The position numbers were made by a program, and so were the translations under genes. A stretch of 64,000 nucleotides of DNA from Parasitella parasitica NRRL 2501 (lineage: Eukaryota; Fungi; Mucoromycota): positions 1 through 64,000 of the forward strand of contig MU619345.1 in the NCBI GenBank assembly GCA_025201805.1. The letters are read 5' to 3'. The notes under the pieces are model-generated. The model was not told the DNA's origin. It did not search any database and saw only the letters and a program-made list of their open reading frames with translations. Shown here one piece after another: positions 52,781 to 64,000 of the stretch (positions are counted from its first letter, which is position 1; the number at the start of each line of letters is the position of its first letter).

Positions 52781-54203
52781 ATGGGAAACAGTGCATCGAA
52801 AAACAAATCAAAATCGCGCAAAATGGTTGCTATGCCAACGAATAACAACAATCATGCTCGATCAATTCCGCAGACAGCAATCGCTCCTGATTTTCGTAAA
52901 CCTCAACCAGAATCAGCACAGCATGGAGAACAACAAGATTTCGAGCAGCACGATGAATACGATGATGATTATGACGACGATGATGATAACGATGATGATG
53001 ACAGTGCTGATTGGGATCACGATGGACCTGTAGATATTGAATCTTGCATGAAAAGACTACTTGCAGCCTCACAGCATAAACACATCGGAAAAACGCTATG
53101 TCTAAATCAAAGAGAAGTGATCGCCATTTGTCATTCTGCCCATGAGAGGTTTTTGGAGCAGCCTGTAAGTTCGATTACACAGTGAGAGCAATATTCGATT
53201 TAACACAAATGATCGTACATCCAATAGACATTACTCGAGCTGGAGTCTGGCATAAAGATAGTAGGAGATGTAAGCAAATAGGGCCATAATTGCTACACAA
53301 AACAATACCCACATTAATTGATTGAAATTAGATTCATGGACAATTCCACGATCTAATCAGAATATTCAAAATGAGCGGATTTCCACCAACTTCGAATTAT
53401 CTGTTTCTGGGCGATTATGTGGATAGAGGCATGTACAGTCTGGAGACCATCCTGCTTCTGCTTTGCTTCAAAATCAAGTATCCAGAGAACTTTTTTCTGT
53501 TGCGAGGCAATCATGAAAGTGCAGATGTTACACGAGGTAGGTTAAAGGTTAGGTTCTTATCAATCTCAAACATACATGTAACATGACATGGACCAACTTT
53601 AGTCTACGGGTTCTATGATGAATGCAAGCGTCGCATTAACGTGAAGATCTGGAGGCATTTTGTCGATGTGTTTAACACGATGCCAATTGCCGCTTTGATT
53701 GGCAGGAGGATATTTTGTGTCCATGGTGGATTATCGCCGTCAATGCAATCGATGGAACAGATCAAACGTATTCAGCGCCCTGTTGAAATACCGGAGGATG
53801 GGCTACTGAACGATCTGCTGTGGTCTGATCCAAGCGATGTGTCTCCAGACTGGAGTGAAAATGATCGAGGCGTCTCTGTATGCTTTGGCACCAAAAACAT
53901 AGACGACTTTTTAACTCGATATGATCTAGACCTGGTTTGCCGAGCACATATGGTGGGATTTGTATTGTTTGGATGGCTTTTTTAAATGCTCACTGGTGTT
54001 ATTTTTAGGTTGTGGAGGATGGTTATGAATTTTTCAATCAGCGTAAGTTGGTAACAGTCTTCAGTGCTCCAAACTACTGTGGTGAATTTGACAATTATGG
54101 TGCTGTCATGACTATATCAGAGGAGCTATTATGTAGCTTTGAGCTGTTAGCACCAGATGATAAGGTGGTTACTGATGAACAAACCCAAAAAAAGAATAGG
54201 TAA
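52781..54203 (+). CDS. PP1-related Ser/Thr phosphatase, PPZ/Ppq-like, predicted N-myristoylated
   Basis: MGNSASK start; GD|IHGQ; FLGDYVDRG; LRGNHE; HGGLSP; DLLWSDP; [13 protein letters not shown]; [11 protein letters not shown]. Confidence 0.92.
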
Positions 54204-54307
54204 AATCACACATGTGCAACCTATACATTAATTTTTGACATTTCAGCTTTTTTTTTCTTGGATGTGTATAGGTTATCATTGCAACTACCGTCTTGACAAA
54301 AAAAAAA

Positions 54308-54552
54308 NNNNNNNNNNNNNNNNNNNNNNNNNNNNNNNNNNNNNNNNNNNNNNNNNNNNNNNNNNNNNNNNNNNNNNNNNNNNNNNNNNNNNNNNNNNNN
54401 NNNNNNNNNNNNNNNNNNNNNNNNNNNNNNNNNNNNNNNNNNNNNNNNNNNNNNNNNNNNNNNNNNNNNNNNNNNNNNNNNNNNNNNNNNNNNNNNNNNN
54501 NNNNNNNNNNNNNNNNNNNNNNNNNNNNNNNNNNNNNNNNNNNNNNNNNNNN
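54308..54552. other. Assembly gap (245 N) flanked by poly(A)
   Basis: N run. Confidence 1.
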
Positions 54553-55493
54553 AAAAAAAAAAAAAAAAAAAGAAAGAGAAACTAATAGTTTACAAGCTAA
54601 AGAAAGGTCTTTTTGCACAACTCTTTTCAACATCTTTAGTATCAAATCAGTTAGCACAATGCACACACACATACATTCACACACTTACAAGGCTAACGCT
54701 CTAAGTATACTAGTAAAAACACATTCCTGTTTTTACATGGCTCCTCTTCTGATTGCAAATTGTTGGATCAGGCATAATGCATGGCCGCTCTGGGATTACG
54801 CCAGCATAAATTGTTAGCCAGTAATGGGAATAATGTCGCCTTGCAATATCTATTGGTGAATATGATAAGTTGGCCCCCACGGGGCCAAGGGGGTTTATTG
54901 ATGATCAATTTTTATAGGGCCAAGAAAAGATGCATAGATGTTGTGCTGTGTCCAGGTATAAAAGCCTACGCCCAATTGTCTGAAATGAAGCTCTGTGTTA
55001 AAATCAGGGGTATGATAGGAGAAAAACTTTAAAAACATATTTCCCCACCTCCTGATTATGCTAACAGGATTGTGTCTGTCGATTCAAGAAACAAGAGCAA
55101 TAAAGAGAAAGGGAGTCATGATTTTGCTGTCATTATGTAACGAGACTGTAATGGCACTGCATATAAACATTTAAATTGCAAAAGATAAATTTTACTATAG
55201 ACTTCAATACAAATTTATACCTGTTGATCCAAATTGCACATAAATCTTGTTACAATTGTACACAATATTTCTCAAAAAAAAATTAAAATAAAGTGAGGAA
55301 GAGAAAAGGCATTTTTATCATTTTGGAAGATTCGAAATTATGGCTTTTGAAAAAGTCCAGCTTTCTTGAGACAGTTCTCCAAAGGGTACAGATGCACCAA
55401 AAAAGTCACCTTCGCATCAGTTTTGCAAAAAAATACATCTATCAACTTCTTTTTTTGGTACCCTGGAAAAAAACCACTCCTTAGAATAAAAAA

Positions 55494-56656
55494 ATGTCGC
55501 TAGACATAGATTGGAAAATACTCGACTCTGATTTAGCTGGTCGTGTTCAGCAATTCCTGAACAAGCATTTCCAGGCTATAACAAAGCCTTCGTTTATTGG
55601 AGATGTTCAAGTAAAAGACTTTCAGTGGGGCAATGAAGCACCTCAGATTGAAATAATTAATATAACGGAACCCTTCTCTGAATTTTACGAACAAGAAGAT
55701 ACCGATCAACAAGAAACAAATACTACAAAGGCTGCATCCAGTACAAATACAGTTAATCCAACTTCTTCTGCAGCAACAAATACAACATCTATACGCCCAC
55801 AACCATCACCCCTACCACCACAATCAGAATTCTTCTTGTCAGACGATGATGAAGAAACAAGCACTGCGAGGATACCACTAAACACGCAGCGATTCAACTA
55901 TATGCATTCGTTCCATCGATCTCCATTTGTAGCGCCTCAGCACCCATTCAGCCATTCACCGGGTCTGTATTTCTCGTCTCCACCCGCCAATCTAACACCC
56001 AACGCATGGAATTCCTCACGTCCTTCTTCTGTCATTGAGGAAGATTGGATTGATGATGAAGACATTAATAGGGTGTCAGATCACCCTGCATCGATAACAC
56101 CGCCTAGCAACGCTACCATGACAAACAAACCCTCCACTGAAATGGACTTTCAGGTGCACATGTTGATATCCTACAAAGGCGATATGAGCATGACTGTGAT
56201 GACAGAATTACGGATGAACTATCCAAGTGTCATGTTTATGAGTTTGCCCATCAATTTGCGGGTGCGTTCAGTCGAATTTGAAGCAACTGCTGTAGTTGCT
56301 TATATTCAGAGCATGCAAAGAGTGTGTGTAAGCATGCTGGAACCTGAAGAAAACCGCGCTGGTGGCACCAAGGACGTAGGGATGGATAGGTAAATGAAAA
56401 ATCTATTCATGTGTGAGCTTAATCAAACTCTATTTATTAGTCTGCTACGTGATGTGCATATAGAGACGGTTGTTGGTGATGAGCAAAAACAAGGTAAATC
56501 AACGTACACTTCTCAATCTGAGGCTTGTCGTGTCTAACTTTTGCACCAGTCCTGAAGAATGTTGGCAAAATCGAAAAGTTTATTGTAGATCAATTAAGAA
56601 AAATACTCGATGACGAGCTTGTTTTCCCTAGTTACCAGTTGATTCAACTCGAATAA
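55494..56656 (+). CDS. MDM12: ERMES subunit Mdm12 (SMP domain), 3 exons
   Basis: [31 protein letters not shown]; [18 protein letters not shown]; [29 protein letters not shown]; TAA at 56654-56656. Confidence 0.93.
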
Positions 56657-56658
56657 AC

Positions 56659-59098
56659 CTATTTGCTACTATCACCAAGGCCTGAATGATGAAGCAGTGC
56701 GGTTACATCCACATTGGGACGTCCTCGGAATTGCTCCCAGACCTTGCCAGGCGCTGTTCCACCTCCTAATGCCAATATGGTGTTTCTATAATGCTGTCCA
56801 ATGGCCTTAATGCCTTGTATTCCGTGTTTGGCTTTCGCTTCCTCGAATGCTGCGTATGCATCAGCAGAATATGTTTCTGACCATTTGTAGCTGTAATAAC
56901 CAGCGCTGTAGCCCCCTCCAAAGATATGGCTAAAACTACACAAGAATCTGTCTTGAGGAAGACGAGGTGTCAGTACTGTTTTTTCTGCAATCTCTGCATC
57001 TACATCAAACACTGTGGGCTCATCAGGTGATGTGGGTGGCGTGAATCGAGAGTGTAAGGCTAGATCGACCTTGGCAAAATGCAGCTGTCGCAGTGTAGCT
57101 AATCCACTCATAAATTCTCTTCCTTTTGTTAACGCTTTCACCATGTCTTGAGGCATGCGCTCGCCTGACTTGTAATGTCCTGATAAACGATCAATCCATT
57201 CAGGCTCACTACAAAAGTTCTCCATAAATTGAGAAGCCACTTCGACAAAATCCCATTCAATACCATTGATGCCTGATGCAGGGGCGTAATCCACAGTAGT
57301 CATCATATGTTGCAAGCAATGTCCAAACTCGTGGAACAAGGTTTCTACGTCTCTGAATTTCATAAGAGACGGTTGATCTGCTGTCTGAGGTGCGGGCTGA
57401 TTGCAAATCAAATAAGCGACAGGAAGTGTTACTTGGCCATCCTGATGTTTGAATCTCGTAGTAACGACGTCCATCCATGCTCCACTGCGTTTCTCTGAGG
57501 GTCTTGAATAGAAATCGCCATAGAAATACGCCTTAACTTGGCCCTTTTCAGCAACTTCGAACACTTTGACATCCTCGTGCCATCGCGAGATGCTCTTTTC
57601 CAATATTTCAGAGTTCGTTAGTTCGCGTACTTGGATACCAAGCACTTGATCGGCCACTGCAAATAATCCATCAAGGACTTTGGGAAAAGCAAAATATTCT
57701 GAAACTGCCTCTTCGTCAAATTTGAACAATTCCTTGCGGTATTGTTCGGTAACATACCCAGTGTCCCAGGGTTGCAATGGTGTTGGCTGATTAAGCTTGT
57801 GTTGAGCAAATTTGGTAAGCTTTTCCAACTCTCCTTTAGCATGAGTAACAGATGCTTTAAATAAGCTGTCTAATAGTTCCTCGGCAGCAGGTAATGTTTG
57901 AGCCATCTTGACAGATAGAGAAAGATCGGCTGGTGTCTCGTATCCTAGCAGGTTTGCTTTTTCTTTTTTAAGAGTCAAGATTTCATTGATAATGGGCTCG
58001 TTGTTAACAGAACCCTCAGATGCTTTTGTAATGTTGGCCGTATATACCTACAAAAGTTTATATAAATCAATGCAGGCTACATAAATAATGTTCAGCAGAA
58101 AGCTTACTTTTTCACGCAACTCTCTATTGCTACAATTCATCATAAAGGGGCCATAGATGGGAAAATCAAGAGTAATGCAGTAACCACTGTCGATCCCGTT
58201 GCGTTCTGCGTTTTTTTTGAGTGTCTCCAAGAAAGCTGGCGAACAGCCCCTCAATTCGTCCGCGTTAGTTACAACCTCTTTAAAAGATTTAGTAGCATCC
58301 AGGACATTGTTGCCAAATGTGAGCGACAATTGCGACAGACGCTCTGAAATTTCATTAAACCTCTTCTTTTCGGGAGATCCTTCCGCAAAACCAATACCGG
58401 CATGTTTCATATCACGAAGCGTTTGCTCGACAATGCGCTTTTGAACAGCATCCAATTGATTCCACGAGGCTGGTGTTTTACATAGTGCTTGTAAAGCCTT
58501 GTACTTGGGAACAGATTGATTCATCATCAATCCCAATTTCACAAATTCAGGTTGCAGTTTCTCCAAGGTTGAACGAACATCAGCTGAATTCTTAACACCG
58601 TTTAGATGAGATAAAATCCCAAATGCTCTGGACACTTCATCTTCCAGCTCTGTCACTATAAAAGTTACTCATTAAGCGCAATGCTTGTCATGGGCAAAAA
58701 TAAATAGCCTTACATTTTCCAATGGTGCCGTCCCAGGTTGGCTCAAAGTTCTTTTCAATATCAAGAAATTCCAGTTTGGCGGCAGTAATTAGCTTTTCGA
58801 ATGCTGGAATAGCAATAGCAGGCGAGGTTTGAGTTACAAGATGCTCGAAATCAGGGAACAATTTCCAATTTAAAAACGGTGTTTGCTTGTACGAAACATC
58901 TTTTGTGATGGCTGTTGCAATGCGTCTATTTAACAAGTTTGAAGCTGCTGCTGTTGCCGTTATTGTTTTCGTTGTGGGGCCATGACGGACGGTTGAAGGT
59001 TGAGCAATACCGGTCCCTCTCAAGCTGAAAAGCGATCGACGCAAAAGCTTGTAATTTGAAACTTTTATTGCCCTCGTTGCTCCCAATATTCTGTACAT
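56659..59098 (-). CDS. M3A metallopeptidase, oligopeptidase A (OpdA/PrlC/plant OOP-like), with N-terminal mitochondrial presequence
   Basis: TLFHEFGHCLQH zinc motif; KRSGAWMD; LPVAYLICNQ; IEWDFVEVASQFMENFC; FSHIFGGGYSAGYYSYKWSE; Arg/Ser/Thr-rich N-terminus MYRILGATRAIKV; 2 introns. Confidence 0.92.
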
Positions 59099-60578
59099 AT
59101 GGTATGGCTGATAAATGTTGTCAGTTTTGAAAAAACAGACACCTAGTATTATTTTTCGAATACAAATGAAAAGAGTCCCGCTTGAAGGCTCCACCGGATT
59201 CGAAATAGTCATCGACGCATCCGGTAGAACGCAGAGTTTTATATCCGGTAGAAGAATCCAATGAACGCTTTCTATTATAGCACTGTATGAATTCTCCCAA
59301 CCCTTGCATTACACCACCCAGTATGTACGAATTGCTCCCCAGTTTCTATTAATCCTCCGGAGACAACTAATCCAGTTTTCTCTTACTAATAAGCAACACA
59401 CATATTTGTATAAATTTTTTTTAAAAAAAAGTATGCGAACATTGAAACAAGCAATTAAATTCAGCTAATGAATTTCGTATGATATTATGTATATAAAGGT
59501 GTAATACCAATAACTGCTACACGATTTCTCCTTTTTGGCTTCAAAATTGGTATCATCACCTTCGATATCTGAGGCGTATCTTTTAAGGCAATAGTTATCA
59601 TAGATCTTGCTCGTCTGCTTCAGTTCATCAGTGATAGTGTTCAGATCACCCGGTTCTTTGATTTGCAAAGGGTACATACGTCCAGCGATATGATCTTATT
59701 CATGATAGTTATGCCATTACAGATTGAGCTTAATATATAGAACAAACAGAGAGGGCCTTTTAGTATTTGAAGGTTGGAGCTTTACCTCATATACATACTA
59801 TGTTAAATTTCTTACCAACCGCTTATGTAATGAGCAAGCAATCTTGTTATCCTTTTTCGAAATGATGTAACGAGAAAATTTGGCAATCTTGTCATTAGAT
59901 ATTTACACAAACTGTCCACAACATTTTGAGTATCTAAGGGCTTGACTTGGTGTCGTGTCAGACAACTTTCTATCATAGTTGTTGTATCCATATAAAGGCC
60001 ACATACGTCATATCAAACTGTAATATGGTAATACCGTAGAATTTGAAAGATGATATAATGAATCAAGCTTACTATAATTTTTTTTAACAGAAGTGGCTAA
60101 CATTGTTGCTGTGTAATTTTTTGTGTAGTGAAAATAGTAGTAAAGAAGCAAGATGAGATAATTTTTTATAACTACTCTTTTTTATTTTAAAATTGTGGAT
60201 AATGCGCAATAAACAACTGTTATTTGACATTGTTTTTATTTATATTAGTCGGTCCTCATTATTCTAGCTGACAATTGTATGGTTACTATCATACTAACTT
60301 CCATCAGGAAAAAAATAGAACGGTATTCTGTTGACTATTCGAATCTTACGCAAATATAAATATTGAGTTTGTTTATTGGTGCTGTTGGATATGTAAATAT
60401 ATTCTTGTTGGTGGGATGTACCTTTTTTTTTTTTTTGCTACAACTCCAGTTACGACATCAGCTGATTAGATTCAAAATTATTATCGAGATCTACAACAAG
60501 CAACCTTAGGTAGTTGGCTCAAAGTATGTTGTCTGTGATCAGATAATGCCAACACGTAAAAAATGGACAGCAAGAACA

Positions 60579-61993
60579 TTATTTTTTATTGAAAAAACTT
60601 AAAGACCAGCGGCTAGATCTCTTTTCTTGGAGATCTGTTTGTTGTTGCTGCTGCTGCTGTTGCTGCTGTTGTGGGGGTTGATCTTTTTGTTGCTGCTTCT
60701 GTTGTTTTAAACCGGCACCATTTTCTATAGATTCTATTTTTTGAAGCTTGATTTGCGAAGGCTCATAGCCATGAGTTGATGCGATTTGGAACCATTCTTT
60801 AGCCACAGCCAAATCAACAGGTACTCCCTCACCAATGAGAAACCTAAATTAATGTCATTAATCACACAACTCTATACTTTTATAAAGAAAGATAATCTTT
60901 ACATTTCTCCCAACATGTGCTGAGCATAAGGGTAAGGTGTATCAGATTGGCTAGCAGCATTTTGATAGTGCTCAAAGGCTTTATGAAAGTTCTGGCTCAA
61001 CTTGCCCAAGCCCTGTCTATACATATCACCTAAACGTGCCTGGCAAAAGGGTATATTTATGGCTGCACTTTGTGCACAGCATTCAAAGGCCTTCTCGTAA
61101 TCTTGTTTTGCTGACCCATGACCGTACATGTAGACAGCTGCTTCTTCTTCCAGGGCAACCGCAAAACCTTGTTGGGCTGAAGCATGAAGCCATTTAAGAG
61201 CCTCTTGCGCATCTGCTGTAACACCTCTGCCGTTTAGATAGATATGACCGACTATGTACTGACAATACTTGTCATTGAGTAGTGCGCCATCTTTAGCATA
61301 TCGGAATGCTCTCGCATCATCTTTAGGAACTTCTTGGCATTGGCTTCCCTCAAAAAAACCATATGCTAAATCAACAACAGCTTGTGTAGATCCACATTCA
61401 AAAGCACGATGAAACCAATGCATGGATTTTGAAGGCTGATTTAAAGAGTATCGGTATCGATCGCCGAATATTCTGCCCAGTTCACATCCTGCTTCTGCAA
61501 TTTTACCGGCGGTAGCCGCATGCTCCAACATGCTGATACCATGTTCCAGTCGCTGTTCGACCCCAATTCCCTTCGTATATAGTAAGCCTGTTAAGTAACA
61601 TAATGCCGCCTCTTGATCTTGCTCTTTTGATTTCAAAAAGTGCGTTAAGCTAAGATCTCTCGTGGTTGCCAAGAAAGAAGCACAGCTTTGCAAGGCTTGA
61701 GAAAGTTGTTTATCAAATACACTACGTGACCAAATAGAAGCTTCGATAACGTCTTTGGATAGGATAGGAAGCTCCGGCTCATTATATAGAATACTCAACT
61801 TTGTTTTTGCTTCTGTGTCTTGGTTTACTGTTGCCTTGTGGCGTAAACAGTTTAAGGCCTGAATAGTATCATCTAGACTGGCAGATGTTTGTATGATATT
61901 GACACAGTGAATAAGTCGAAGCTCTTCGGGTATATGATCGATGGTATCCCTTCGTGTTTCTTCTAGATTTGTTGTGATTGAAGATAACAACAT
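60579..61993 (-). CDS. Sel1-like repeat (SLR) protein
   Basis: Repeated helical SLR motifs (YLTGLLYTKGIGV; YIVGHIYLNGRGV..ALKWLHASAQQG; RLGDMYRQGLG; HMLGEM|FLIGEGVP); C-terminal polyQ; 1 intron. Confidence 0.88.
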
Positions 61994-62397
61994 GATAAAA
62001 ATATAAAAAAAAAGTGGCCAAGTGTTTCGCAAACTAATGTTTGAATAATGAATAGAGTCCCCTCTAAAACGTGTGTTTCTTATGGTGCCAAAAGGGGTGT
62101 GCCTAATCAGCAATTTTTTGTGATTATTTATCTACCTTTGACAGAAATCTTGCGACACCCCATTAAAAATTACAAACATTTTTCAGGCACGTAAACATAG
62201 TTGCTATCAGATAGTTTTCTGATCTTTTGATTTCAAGTAAATGTTTTTACAGGCACTTACAAACAACATCAATATATACAGCTGAATGCTACAAAGTTTT
62301 ATAAATATATCTTATTATTATACAGAGACGGAGAATTTTGAAGAAGAAAACATTAAAGCTAGAGTAGTTTGGTCTTTTTTTGCATTTGTGTTTTCCC

Positions 62398-64000
<1,603 letters not shown>

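Noticed and set aside
54169-54817. ORFs spanning the N run
   Set aside because: Artefacts of the assembly gap.
10599-59098. Homeodomain gene plus M3 peptidase as a basidiomycete-style HD-MIP mating-type locus
   Set aside because: They are 44 kb apart, the peptidase is OpdA-like rather than MIP, and there is no divergent HD partner. The Mucorales sex locus (HMG sexP/sexM with tptA and rnhA) is not in the window.
59465-59677. Isolated 70-aa ORF MYPLQIKEPG...
   Set aside because: It is hydrophilic and coding-like, but I recognise no family and no supportable splice model; it may be a relic.

Overview
Intron-rich, AT-rich fungal DNA whose short introns (mostly about 55-75 nt) and gene set fit Mucorales (Mucoromycota); the taxon is my inference. 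I can support 26 protein-coding genes: an Ett1/Nro1-like protein, LAS1, a GST, an MFSD1-like MFS, a GDSL esterase, an atypical TALE-like homeodomain factor, BTA1, a VBA/DHA2-type MFS, PTR2, SelO/FMP40, PMC1, a myosin regulatory light chain, NUP133, CRY-DASH, LMW-PTP, a SAM methyltransferase, PAP1, U1-70K, IML2/TTC39, RSM25, a C2H2 factor, a PPZ-like phosphatase, MDM12, an OpdA-type oligopeptidase, a Sel1-repeat protein and a 5'-truncated HOG1. There are also probable gene relics and two assembly gaps. I recognised no rRNA, tRNA, CRISPR array or intact transposon. The best candidate for an undescribed system is a possible peptide-import regulatory circuit. The homeodomain gene (10599-12674) has a KNOX/MEINOX-like N-terminal region and 8 TGACA sites in its promoter, including a TGACA-N5-TGTCA palindrome. 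The same palindrome sits just upstream of the nearby PTR2 start codon, echoing the yeast Cup9-PTR2 circuit, and two further putative peptide or amino-acid transporters lie nearby. All family calls come from motif recognition by eye; no database search was run.
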